Source of the DNA: Bacteroidales bacterium
GTDB taxonomy: Bacteria > Bacteroidota > Bacteroidia > Bacteroidales > UBA932
Length of the DNA stretch: 64,000 nucleotides
NCBI GenBank assembly: GCA_017501525.1
Contig: JAFVWT010000011.1
Coordinates: forward strand, 131,037-195,036
Direction: 5' to 3'
Below the pieces are notes generated by a model. It had not been told where the DNA came from. It searched no databases and saw only the letters and a list, made by a program, of their open reading frames with translations. The number at the start of each line of letters is the position of its first letter. The stretch's first letter is position 1. Of the stretch, positions 1-9,291 are shown one piece after another. A program made the position numbers and the translations under genes.

Positions 1-521
1 GGCTATAGCTTCGGAAAGATTCTTATAAAAACAGGCCTTATGTATAGAGTTTAGTATCATGTGTACTTACAAGATGGTCGATATGTTATAATTACAATAA
101 TATGAACGGATATATAAATGGCTGTTTTCTCATTATAAGAGCATCTTGTTGACAGATGAAACCTATCAAATGGGGATGTTGTATCTTTTTGCAAAGTGAA
201 GGACAATATTTCCAATCTATAGTGATATAAATATAGACGAGGATATGTTTCTATGTTGCTCTATGTCTTGTCGTCGGTGAGACGATGAAGATGGAGTAAA
301 GTGTACTTGTGGTCATAAATTAAAGAGATGCAGTTATCTTTCTTCTCCTCTTGTGAGATACTTGATGATTGAGAAGAAATTTATTTTATTTCTCCTGTTT
401 TCACTTTTGTTGTCTTGTTCGGCAGAGCAGAGTGTTGTGTCTCCAGTAGATTGAACTAATAATGACTCTAAATTAGAAGTGGTATAGACAAGTGGTTTAC
501 TAATATATAAAAACAATAATT

Positions 522-1271
522 ATGAAAAAGACTTTACCTATTTTCTTCTTAACTCTTTTATTCTTCTCTGTTTCTTGTACAAGAAGTATTAAAAATCAGG
601 AAATTTCTTCTTACATCCGCTCTTATCAGAAAATCGAGAATTTCAGTCACTACTATTTGGCTAACCCTGGCGAATCTGAAAGTTCTTTCTCTAATCGTGT
701 TGTTAAGTTTTTATTTTTAAGTTGTGAAAATATCCTGAATGTAGGATGTGTACACTCCTTGAGAGATGAGGAAGTTGTTATGTATGACAAGTCAGGTTCG
801 TGTGAAAAAAGTGCTTCTGTTTATGACAGTCTGAGAAATCATTATGGAGATACAAATTGTCCCGATATATTCAGACCCGATTTGTCGGAGTACACAGATT
901 GTTCGACCCCATCAGCTCTTATTGATGAGATTGTTTCCATAGTGATAACATCAGATGTGGATTGGGATGAGACTCATCCATCGGGAACATCTTTAAATGA
1001 TATTGTCCGAGTTGGTTTTGCATCTCATTACCCTTATATCCAAAGTGGATATGATTCGAAGTATTGTGTTTACGATGGGACTGACAAGTTTTATTCAGAG
1101 ATAAAACCGATTGTAGAATTGGAAGATAATGATTTGGTGTTATTGGACACTAATTCCTCTTTGGATTTTTATTTCAATCTCCCAAGTCATATCCCAGCCT
1201 GTACTTTGAATTTCATATTCTTTACCGCCTCACAGGAACAATTTACTGCAACAGTTGAATTGAGTCTGTAG
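522..1271 (+). CDS. hypothetical lipoprotein
   Basis: N-terminal signal peptide ending in the lipobox-like LFFSVSC. Cys-rich mature part. No family recognised. Confidence 0.55.
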   Translation: MKKTLPIFFLTLLFFSVSCTRSIKNQEISSYIRSYQKIENFSHYYLANPGESESSFSNRVVKFLFLSCENILNVGCVHSLRDEEVVMYDKSGSCEKSASVYDSLRNHYGDTNCPDIFRPDLSEYTDCSTPSALIDEIVSIVITSDVDWDETHPSGTSLNDIVRVGFASHYPYIQSGYDSKYCVYDGTDKFYSEIKPIVELEDNDLVLLDTNSSLDFYFNLPSHIPACTLNFIFFTASQEQFTATVELSL

Positions 1272-1293
1272 CGGATAGGATATGTATAAAAAA

Positions 1294-1332
1294 ACAGAAG
1301 GTAGTCAGCATATTGGCTAGACTACCTTCTGT
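1294..1332. terminator. bidirectional rho-independent terminator between the lipoprotein gene and kbl
   Basis: 13-bp perfect stem acagaaggtagtc/gactaccttctgt with a 13-nt loop. An A-run lies on the left and a T-rich tract on the right. Confidence 0.75.
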
Positions 1333-1355
1333 TGTTATGTTTGTTTTAGTGATGA

Positions 1356-2546
1356 CTATTTGATAACGCCAAGTTCTTTACCGATTTTGGTAAATGCAGC
1401 GATACATCTGTCAAGGTGTTCGATTTCGTGTCCTGCTGAAACCTGAACTCTGATACGGGCTTCGTTTTTAGGAACAACAGGGTAGTAGAAACCGGTAACA
1501 TAGATTCCTTCTTCAAGAAGTTTTGCAGCCATAACCTGTGAGAGTTTTGCATCGTAAAGCATAACTGCACAGATAGCTGATTCGGTAGGTTTGATATCGA
1601 ATCCTGCCTCTTTCATCTTTGAAATGAAGTAGTCGGTATTGCTGTGAAGTTTGTCTTGCAATTCATTGGTTTCAGACATCATATCGAACATTCTGATACC
1701 TGCAGCAGCAATCATAGGAGGAATTGAGTTTGAGAACAAGTAAGGACGAGAGCGCTGACGGAGCATTGCGATAATCTCTTTCTTACCGGTAGTAAATCCA
1801 CCTACTGCTCCACCGAATGCTTTTCCAAGTGTACCTGTAAGGATCTCAATTTTTCCACGAAGGTTATATCTTTCGGTAACACCACGTCCGGTAGCACCTA
1901 CAACACCTGCTGAGTGCGACTCGTCCACCATTACCATTGCATTATATTTTTCAGCCAATTCGTAAATCTTGTCAAGAGGACAAACATTACCGTCCATTGA
2001 GAATACACCGTCTGTTACAATAAGACGATGGCGTTGGGCTTGAGCAAGTTTGAGGCAATTTTCAAGTTCTTCCATGTTTGCATTTGCATAGCGGTATCTT
2101 TGAGCTTTGCAAAGGCGTACACCGTCAATAATTGAAGCATGGTTCAGTGAGTCAGAAATAATGGCATCCTGGTCATTCAATAGTGGTTCAAAAACACCGC
2201 CATTTGCATCAAAGCATGCGGCATACAGAATAGTATCTTCAGTACCGAAGAACTCAGCAATTTTTGCTTCAAGTTGTTTGTGAAGATCACCGGTTCCGCA
2301 GATAAATCTTACACTTGACATTCCGTAGCCATGTGTATCCAACGCTTTTTTTGCTGCTTCTACAAGTTCTTTGTTGTCAGCAAGTCCAAGATAGTTGTTT
2401 GCGCAGAAGTTTAATACATTCTGACCGGTGCTTACTTTGATGGCTGCACCTTGAGGAGAGGTGATAACTCTCTCGTTTTTATATAGGCCCGCTTCTTCAA
2501 TATTCTTAAGTTCGGCTTGAAGGTAGGCTTGAAAATCTTTGTACAT
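1356..2546 (-). CDS. kbl: 2-amino-3-ketobutyrate CoA ligase (glycine C-acetyltransferase)
   Basis: 396 aa. Class-II aminotransferase/Kbl-like along its whole length. PLP-lysine context GTLGKAFGG and an MVDESHS motif. Confidence 0.9.
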   Translation of the reverse strand: MYKDFQAYLQAELKNIEEAGLYKNERVITSPQGAAIKVSTGQNVLNFCANNYLGLADNKELVEAAKKALDTHGYGMSSVRFICGTGDLHKQLEAKIAEFFGTEDTILYAACFDANGGVFEPLLNDQDAIISDSLNHASIIDGVRLCKAQRYRYANANMEELENCLKLAQAQRHRLIVTDGVFSMDGNVCPLDKIYELAEKYNAMVMVDESHSAGVVGATGRGVTERYNLRGKIEILTGTLGKAFGGAVGGFTTGKKEIIAMLRQRSRPYLFSNSIPPMIAAAGIRMFDMMSETNELQDKLHSNTDYFISKMKEAGFDIKPTESAICAVMLYDAKLSQVMAAKLLEEGIYVTGFYYPVVPKNEARIRVQVSAGHEIEHLDRCIAAFTKIGKELGVIK

Positions 2547-2569
2547 AGTGTGTTTTTTTAAAATTTTGA

Positions 2570-2577
2570 CAAAGATA
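2570..2577 (-). promoter_or_regulatory. Bacteroidetes -7 promoter box for kbl
   Basis: Reverse complement reads TATCTTTG (TAnnTTTG), about 24 nt upstream of the kbl ATG. Confidence 0.45.
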
Positions 2578-2678
2578 ATTATTTCTTCTATATGTTAGTT
2601 CCTTGCAGCTTTTTTTTCTTTGGCACAGAAATTGTCATAAATTTCCACATAAAAATTAGAAAACTTAAAAAGTTTTAT

Positions 2679-2686
2679 TAGTTTTG
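2679..2686 (+). promoter_or_regulatory. Bacteroidetes -7 promoter box for the tetR-efflux operon
   Basis: TAGTTTTG matches TAnnTTTG, 20 nt upstream of the ATG at 2707. Confidence 0.45.
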
Positions 2687-2706
2687 CGCCCCGATTAATA
2701 TTTATA

Positions 2707-3321
2707 ATGGCAACAAGAACTCAAATATTGGAAACTTCTATGCATCTTTTTCTCAATAAAGGGTGCAAGAATGTTACTATGGATGAGATAGCATCCGAGA
2801 ATGGGATGTCCAAGAGGACTCTGTATGAAATGTTCGGGGACAAATCTTCGCTTTTGGAAGAGACCCTTACAACTTTGCATGAAAGAAAGATTGATGCAAT
2901 CAATCATTTTCTTACAAATCATGAAAATATTTTGCAGATGCTGTTGGACTCGATAGATAATGACGATGAGAAAATACTTGACTCCCATCACAATTTTATG
3001 ATGGAAATCAAAAAGTATTATCCGGAATTATATCACAAATTTATCGTATCTTTTCAGAAGCACCAATATGTAATGTTAAAAAAGGTATTTGAGAAAGGGT
3101 ATGAGGACGGTTTTTTTATGGCAGAGGGTGTAAATTATGAAAATGTGGCTTATTCGTTGCTGCTTCTTTCTCAGAGAAAGGCAGAACTTCATCTTTCCGG
3201 GTATGCAGAAATAAATCACAGAAGGGCTATTTCGGATATGGTCCTGTTGATTCTTAGAGGCCTTTCAACCCCAAGAGGTATGAAAATAATAGATAATCAT
3301 ATAAAAAATAAATTAAAATGA
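2707..3321 (+). CDS. TetR/AcrR family transcriptional regulator
   Basis: N-terminal HTH VTMDEIASENGMSKRTLYEMFGDK. 204 aa. Its stop overlaps the next start (ATGA), so it is probably co-transcribed with the efflux genes. Confidence 0.85.
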   Translation: MATRTQILETSMHLFLNKGCKNVTMDEIASENGMSKRTLYEMFGDKSSLLEETLTTLHERKIDAINHFLTNHENILQMLLDSIDNDDEKILDSHHNFMMEIKKYYPELYHKFIVSFQKHQYVMLKKVFEKGYEDGFFMAEGVNYENVAYSLLLLSQRKAELHLSGYAEINHRRAISDMVLLILRGLSTPRGMKIIDNHIKNKLK

Positions 3322-4625
3322 AGAGATTCTTATCAATCTTTGTAATGCTGGGAACAGCAGTTGTTTCTCTTTTTGCCCAACAGGCGCAGGAGACTCAGCC
3401 TTCTACTCTTCGCTTTACTCTAGAGCAGGCGCAGGAGTATGCTCTTGAACACAGTAGGACTTTACAGAATTCGGCTTTGAGTGTGCGTCAGGCAGAAGCG
3501 GACAAATGGACAAGTATCGCGAGTATGTTGCCACAGGTAAATGCTACACTCGATTATTCCAATTCCTTGGGTTACAAAATGGAATTGGGCGCAATGTCTA
3601 TTTCAATGCCTCCATCAGGAAGTTTGGGTGTCAATGTGGCCATGGCTCTAAGTGGTGCTCAGATTGTCTCTACACAGTTGGCAAAGGTATCTGTTGAAAT
3701 GGCAAATGTCCAGAAACTCCAAACTGAGCAGGATATAGTACAACAAGTCAAATTGCTTTATTTCTCGGCACTTGTAAGTCATCAGACGCAGCATCTGCTC
3801 GAAGAGAGCCTTGAGACGATCAAAAAGCTATATGATTTTGTAAGCAAGTCTGTGGAGGTGGGTGTTGCAGAGAAGGTAGATGCCGACCAGATATTGGTTC
3901 AGGTGGCGACAATGGAGACCACTCTAAATACATCAAAGAGATCTTTGGAAATGGTCTACAACTCTTTGCGTCTTGCTATGAATATTCCTTTCAATGTGGA
4001 GATAGAGTTGTCCCAATCATTGGACGATCTTCTCAATGTAGAGGAATCGTTGAAACTATTGTATGATGATTTTATCCTTGAAAACAATTATTCGTATCAG
4101 CTTGCACAGAAAGGTGTTGCTTTGACCAAGCATCAGAAGAATATGACAGCGTGGACATACGGCCCTACATTGAGTGCCTTCTATCAGTATTCCGGCAAAC
4201 ATTATTTCTCTGATGAGGCAAGAATGAATATGACTCCTCCCAATATGATTGGTGTTTCACTCTCAATCCCTATATTTTCGAGCGGAAGAAATTTTGAGAC
4301 GGTGAGAAAGGCGAATATCGAGTATAAAAAACAGCTCAATTCCCTTTCAGATACGGAAATGGCGCTGAATATCCAGCACAGGCAGTTGAAATACAATCTT
4401 TCATCTGCTTACGAGAGATTTGAAACCCAGAAAAGAAGTGTGGAAGTATCTCAGAGTGTGTTTGAGAATATCTCAAAGAAATATGAATTCGGATTGAGTT
4501 CAAGTCTGGATGTGACTAACTCGGCAACAAATCTGTTGTCTGCGCAGAGTTCTTATGTCCAAGCAATATTGGAGTATGTGAATGCACAGATTGAACTGGA
4601 GAAATTATTAAATAAGAATTACTAA
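3318..4625 (+). CDS. TolC-family outer membrane efflux protein
   Basis: Signal peptide, 435 aa, two-repeat OEP-like architecture. Lies directly upstream of the MFP and RND genes. Confidence 0.85.
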   Translation: MKRFLSIFVMLGTAVVSLFAQQAQETQPSTLRFTLEQAQEYALEHSRTLQNSALSVRQAEADKWTSIASMLPQVNATLDYSNSLGYKMELGAMSISMPPSGSLGVNVAMALSGAQIVSTQLAKVSVEMANVQKLQTEQDIVQQVKLLYFSALVSHQTQHLLEESLETIKKLYDFVSKSVEVGVAEKVDADQILVQVATMETTLNTSKRSLEMVYNSLRLAMNIPFNVEIELSQSLDDLLNVEESLKLLYDDFILENNYSYQLAQKGVALTKHQKNMTAWTYGPTLSAFYQYSGKHYFSDEARMNMTPPNMIGVSLSIPIFSSGRNFETVRKANIEYKKQLNSLSDTEMALNIQHRQLKYNLSSAYERFETQKRSVEVSQSVFENISKKYEFGLSSSLDVTNSATNLLSAQSSYVQAILEYVNAQIELEKLLNKNY

Positions 4626-4644
4626 GGAAATAATTGTTAAAGAT

Positions 4645-5661
4645 ATGAAACTTAAAGAAATTTTGATTTTATCGGCTTTAGTGGCTTTGACATCGTCTTG
4701 CGGTTCAGAAGAGACTCAGACACAGTCAGTAGTAGATGAGAGAGTTGAACAGGTTAAGATAACACCTGTTTCGACCAGAACTGTTACTCGTGAGTTTGAG
4801 ACTTCTACCACTCTTCAGGCGTATGAGAGAATGAATATCTCTCCTTCTGTAACAGGAAATATTGAACACATCTATGTTGAGGTAGGTGATGTTGTCAAGA
4901 AAGGGGATACATTGGTTCGTATGGACCAGAACCAATTGATTACCACCAGAATTGCATTTGCCAATCTGCAAGTGGAACTCAAACGTATGGAATCTTTGTT
5001 GGAGACAGAGGCAATTTCACAACAAGCTTACGATCAGATTAAACTAAGCTTTGACCAGACCAAGCAGAGTCTTAAATTCCTTGAAGAGAATACTATTGTA
5101 AAGGCAAAATTTGATGGAGTAATCTCAGCTAAAAATTATGAAGACGGTGAATTGTATTCGGGCCAGCCTATTCTGGAACTTGTTCAGATTTCTACCTTGA
5201 AGGCTTTGATTAATATTCCCGAATCATTCTTCCCTCAGGTCAGGAAAGGTCTTAAGGTGAACCTTACTTCTGATATATATCCCGGAGAGGTTTTCCCTGC
5301 TACCATTGAGATTGTTTATCCTACTATAGACCCTATGTCGCATACATTCTCCGTAAAGTTGAGAATACCTAATAAAAATAATCTCCTACGTCCCGGTATG
5401 TATGCAAGTTCAATTATGAATATGGGTGATGACGAGGCTGTCATGATTCCTTATCAATCGGTTTTGCGTCTTATCGGTTCTAATGAGAGATATGTTTTCC
5501 TAAATGATAATAATGTTGCCAAGAGAGTTTTTGTCACATTGGGCGACAGAAACGACGAGTTTGTGGAAATCATAGGTGATGACCTTCAAGTAGGAGATGA
5601 ACTAATCACTATCGGTCAGGCAAAATTGGTAGATGGTTCAAAAATTAATATCGTAGAATAA
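4645..5661 (+). CDS. efflux RND transporter periplasmic adaptor (MFP/HlyD family)
   Basis: Lipobox LTSSCGS, lipoyl-like GDVVKKGDTLVRMD and a coiled-coil hairpin segment. Operon position fits. Confidence 0.85.
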   Translation: MKLKEILILSALVALTSSCGSEETQTQSVVDERVEQVKITPVSTRTVTREFETSTTLQAYERMNISPSVTGNIEHIYVEVGDVVKKGDTLVRMDQNQLITTRIAFANLQVELKRMESLLETEAISQQAYDQIKLSFDQTKQSLKFLEENTIVKAKFDGVISAKNYEDGELYSGQPILELVQISTLKALINIPESFFPQVRKGLKVNLTSDIYPGEVFPATIEIVYPTIDPMSHTFSVKLRIPNKNNLLRPGMYASSIMNMGDDEAVMIPYQSVLRLIGSNERYVFLNDNNVAKRVFVTLGDRNDEFVEIIGDDLQVGDELITIGQAKLVDGSKINIVE

Positions 5662-5672
5662 TTTAGTGTAAG

Positions 5673-8600
5673 ATGAGTATTTACAAAACAGCGATTAACA
5701 AGCCGGTAACGACTCTTCTTATATTCGTTGCCGTAATGGTTATCGGTATCTTCTCTTTCAGCAAGCTGCCGATAGACCAGTTCCCTGAAATGGAACCTCC
5801 GTATGTGACGGTTCTTACTACTTATCCGGGCGCGAGTGCTTCTGAGATAGAAACAAATGTCACTAAGATGGTTGAGAATTCATTAAACTCAATTGACCAT
5901 CTTGAAGAGATTACATCTGTCTCAAAGGACCACATGTCGGTTGTTACTCTTGAGTTGGAGTGGGGTATAAATATGGATGAGGTTATCAACGATATTCGCT
6001 CCAATGTCGATATGCTTAAGGATGAGCTCCCTGAGGGATGTTCAAATCCTTTCATTTTTAAATTCTCGTCCAGTGCAATGCCTATTGCACAATATTCTAT
6101 CACCGCCGATGAGAGTTATGCAGGTTTGGACAAAATGCTTAACGATGAGGTGATTCCGCAGTTGAATAGAATTAATGGTATTGGTAACCTGTCTCTTTCA
6201 GGTACTCCTGACCGTTATATCTATATCAATATAGATCAGGCAAAACTTGACTCTTATGGAATTCCTTTGGAACTTGTAGGTAGCGCCATCTCTGCAAATA
6301 ACCTTAACCTCTCTTCAGGAACGGTAAAAATGGAGAAGGAACAATATAACCTTCAGGTTCGCAGTGAGTATCTTGAGAGTGCAGATATTAATGACATAGT
6401 GGTGACTACTACCCCTACAGGCAAGAAAATTTTTGTCAAGGATATTGCAACTGTAAAAGATACCATTAAGGATTTGTCTTTGGATGAAAAGACGAATGGT
6501 CGTGAAAGTGTCCGTCTTATCGTTACCAAACAGACAGGAGCCAATACAGTGCAGGTGTCACAGGACTTGAAGGAGGAATTGGAGATTATAAAGAAAACAC
6601 TTCCTTCAGATGTTCATATACAGCCTATATATGACTCGGCAGATGAGATTATAAACTCTATCAACTCGTTGGAGGAGTCTATTCTCTATGCGTTGCTGTT
6701 TGTGGTATTGGTGGTGTTGTTCTTCTTGGGAAAATGGCGTGCTACAATCATTATCGGTATTACGATTCCTATTTCGTTGATAGTGGCTTTCATATATCTT
6801 GCTGTCTCTGGTAGTTCATTGAATATCATTTCATTGTCTTCATTGACTGTGGCTATTGGTATGGTGGTGGACGATGCGATTGTGGTACTTGAAAATATTG
6901 ACAAACATATTGAGAGAGGAGCCAGCCCCCGTGAGGCCTCAATTTATGCGACCAATGAGGTTTGGACCTCGGTTATTGCAACAACATTAGTAATTGTAGC
7001 AGTGTTTGTTCCTTTGACAATGATTGGTGGACAGGCTGGTATCATGTTTAAGGAACTTGGCTGGATAGTGACTATCGTGGTGTGTACTTCTACTGCTGTG
7101 GCTATTACCCTTACTCCTATGTTGTGTTCTAAACTCCTTAAGGCCAAGGATGTTAAAATTAACGATAGGGGTCAGATAGAGGAAATTCCTCCTAAAAATA
7201 ACTGGTATCAGAGATATGTAGTGGGAGCTCTTGACAAACTTGACAGATTCTATGCTAAGGCCTTGAGATATTGCTTGACTCACAAGGCTTTGACAATGAC
7301 TGTGATAGTTGTTTTATTCGTCCTTTCATTGATACCTGTAGGAATGGGTAAAATCGGAACAGACTTTATGCAGCAGACCGATAACGGACGTATAAGCGTT
7401 TCCGTAGAGCTTGCCCGCAGTACCCGTATTGAGGAGACAGCAAAGATTGCCCGTAAACTTGAGACCCGTTTTATGGAACTTGTACCTGAGATTCAGATGA
7501 TTTCATCTTCTGCAGGTTCAAATGATGATGCAGGTGTATCGGCTTTGTTCTCATCTACCACCAATAATAAGATTTCAATGACAGTAAGATGTTCTAAGAA
7601 ATATCAGAGGGAACGTTCTATCTTTGAAATTGCAGAGGTGCTTCGTCAGGAGTTGAGAAACTATCCCGAAATTATCGACTATCAGTGTAATGCTTCGAGC
7701 GGTTTCGGTGGAGGTGCTCAAACTGTAGATGTTGAGATATACGGATTTGACTTCGATGAGACAAATCAATATGCTCAGGAGGTTAAAAATGCAATTACAG
7801 CAAATGTAACCAATGCCAGAAATATCAACATAACCCGTGATGAGGATCGTCCTGAATTGAATCTTGTCCTTGATAAGGAGAAACTTGCATATCATGGACT
7901 GAATACTGCGACTGTATCGACTTATATTAGAAACAGGGTAAATGGTATGGCTGCCGGATTCCTTAAAGATGATGGAGACGAGTACGATATTATTGTCCGC
8001 CTGGAAGAAAAGAACAGGAATTCCATTACCGATATTGAGGATATGTCAATTCCGACTTCTACTGGTAAATTGGTGAAAATTAAGGAACTTGGACATGTTG
8101 AGGAGTATTGGGCTCCACCCCAGATTGATAGAAAATCGCGTCAGAGGATTGTTAAGGTGACCTCTATGGCTTATGGTACTTCGTTGGGAGAGCTTGCTGT
8201 ACAAATCCAGAAAGAAATAGATAAACTTGGAGCTCCGAACGGTATAACTGTTCGTCTTGGTGGTAGCTATGAGGATCAGCAGGATACATTCGGAGATATG
8301 GGAATGTTGTTGGCTCTTATCGTACTGTTGGTTTATATTGTGATGGCATCCCAATTTGAGTCATTCAATAAACCTGCAATTATTATGACCTCAATACCTT
8401 TTGCTGTGACAGGTGTAATCTTTGCTTTGTGGATGACAGGTACATCTTTGGATATGATTGGTGCATTAGGTTTCATTATGCTTGTCGGTATTGTGGTCAA
8501 GAACGGTATTGTCCTTGTGGATTATATTAACTTGATGCGTGATAGAGGCTATGAACTCAATGAAGCTATTGCTCTTTCAGGTGCATCCCGTTTGCGTCCC

Positions 8601-8867
8601 GTATTGATGACAGCATTCACCACATTGCTTGGTATGTTGCCAATGGCTCTAAGTCAGGGTGAAGGTTCTGAGATGTGGAAACCTATGGGTATTGTAGTTA
8701 TCGGAGGTCTGCTCGTTTCTACACTCGTGACATTGATAGTCGTACCTGTGATGTATGCAATTATGTCCCGTCATGGAGAGCGTGATAAAGAGGCGAAGAA
8801 TCGTAAGAACTTTATCTTTATGCAACTTTCTCCTCACTACGAAGGTCCTCAAAACAAGAACAAATAA
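5673..8867 (+). CDS. RND efflux permease (AcrB/HAE1 family)
   Basis: 1064 aa. Duplicated 6-TM plus large periplasmic loop architecture. The N-terminus (INKPVTTLLIFVAVMVIGIFSF) is typical of AcrB-like pumps. Confidence 0.95.
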   Translation: MSIYKTAINKPVTTLLIFVAVMVIGIFSFSKLPIDQFPEMEPPYVTVLTTYPGASASEIETNVTKMVENSLNSIDHLEEITSVSKDHMSVVTLELEWGINMDEVINDIRSNVDMLKDELPEGCSNPFIFKFSSSAMPIAQYSITADESYAGLDKMLNDEVIPQLNRINGIGNLSLSGTPDRYIYINIDQAKLDSYGIPLELVGSAISANNLNLSSGTVKMEKEQYNLQVRSEYLESADINDIVVTTTPTGKKIFVKDIATVKDTIKDLSLDEKTNGRESVRLIVTKQTGANTVQVSQDLKEELEIIKKTLPSDVHIQPIYDSADEIINSINSLEESILYALLFVVLVVLFFLGKWRATIIIGITIPISLIVAFIYLAVSGSSLNIISLSSLTVAIGMVVDDAIVVLENIDKHIERGASPREASIYATNEVWTSVIATTLVIVAVFVPLTMIGGQAGIMFKELGWIVTIVVCTSTAVAITLTPMLCSKLLKAKDVKINDRGQIEEIPPKNNWYQRYVVGALDKLDRFYAKALRYCLTHKALTMTVIVVLFVLSLIPVGMGKIGTDFMQQTDNGRISVSVELARSTRIEETAKIARKLETRFMELVPEIQMISSSAGSNDDAGVSALFSSTTNNKISMTVRCSKKYQRERSIFEIAEVLRQELRNYPEIIDYQCNASSGFGGGAQTVDVEIYGFDFDETNQYAQEVKNAITANVTNARNINITRDEDRPELNLVLDKEKLAYHGLNTATVSTYIRNRVNGMAAGFLKDDGDEYDIIVRLEEKNRNSITDIEDMSIPTSTGKLVKIKELGHVEEYWAPPQIDRKSRQRIVKVTSMAYGTSLGELAVQIQKEIDKLGAPNGITVRLGGSYEDQQDTFGDMGMLLALIVLLVYIVMASQFESFNKPAIIMTSIPFAVTGVIFALWMTGTSLDMIGALGFIMLVGIVVKNGIVLVDYINLMRDRGYELNEAIALSGASRLRPVLMTAFTTLLGMLPMALSQGEGSEMWKPMGIVVIGGLLVSTLVTLIVVPVMYAIMSRHGERDKEAKNRKNFIFMQLSPHYEGPQNKNK

Positions 8868-8877
8868 GTGATAGATT

Positions 8878-9171
8878 ATGAAATGTGTATTTATAGTGTT
8901 TAATCAAGCCAATACCGAAAGAGTTGAATATCTGCTTGATTGTTTGAAGATAAGTGGTTTTACATTCTTCGAACAGGTGCAAGGACGCGGTACAAATGGT
9001 GGGGAACCCCGCAGAGGAACCCACTCCTGGCCGGAGATGAACTCAGCGGTTATGACTGTTGTGGAGGATCACCAAGTGAAAGAACTCCTTGAAACTGTAC
9101 AGAAGCTCGATAACAGAAATAAAGAGGTAGGAGTAAGAGCATTTGTATGGAATATTGAACAGACAGTCTGA
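8878..9171 (+). CDS. P-II-like small protein (PG0541-type transporter-associated protein)
   Basis: 97 aa, beginning 11 nt after the RND stop. The sequence (FNQA...VEYLL...GFTFFEQVQGRG) suggests a beta-alpha-beta P-II-like fold. The synteny TolC-MFP-RND-small protein matches the PG0538-PG0541 arrangement as I recall it. Confidence 0.55.
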   Translation: MKCVFIVFNQANTERVEYLLDCLKISGFTFFEQVQGRGTNGGEPRRGTHSWPEMNSAVMTVVEDHQVKELLETVQKLDNRNKEVGVRAFVWNIEQTV

Positions 9172-9180
9172 ATTTCTATA

Positions 9181-9240
9181 GGGAAGTTCCTTTAAGGAAA
9201 ATTTCTTAAGGGAACATTCCTTAAGGGAACATTCCTTAAA
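9181..9240. repeat. tandem 15-bp partly palindromic repeat array (about 4 units)
   Basis: Two perfect units ttaagggaacattcc at 9206-9220 and 9221-9235, preceded by two degenerate units. Each unit carries the palindrome CTTAAG/CCTTAAGG. Confidence 0.8.
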
Positions 9241-9277
9241 ATAGCATACTGGTGTTCGTTTCTTTAAATCTTGTTTA

Positions 9278-9285
9278 TATCTTTG
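9278..9285 (+). promoter_or_regulatory. Bacteroidetes -7 promoter box for sdaA (near-leaderless)
   Basis: TATCTTTG lies 6 nt before the ATG at 9292. The same 17-mer tatctttgccatctatg recurs at 19877-19893. Confidence 0.5.
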
Positions 9286-9291
9286 CCATCT

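Noticed and set aside
1-521. 521-bp ORF-poor region at the window start, with a 60-aa minus-strand ORF at 334-516
   Set aside because: I looked for invertible-promoter-type inverted repeats, tRNA-like or riboswitch-like motifs and tandem repeats and found only trivial 5-6-bp stems. The 60-aa ORF has no start context or motif. Left unannotated.
9271-9291. TTG-initiated N-terminal extensions in the ORF track (also at 19873, 10502, 15650, 22661 and 50238)
   Set aside because: In each case an in-frame ATG shortly downstream gives a canonical N-terminus or signal peptide. In four of these cases (9271, 19873, 15650 and 50238) a TAnnTTTG box also lies inside the extension, so the extension would not be transcribed.
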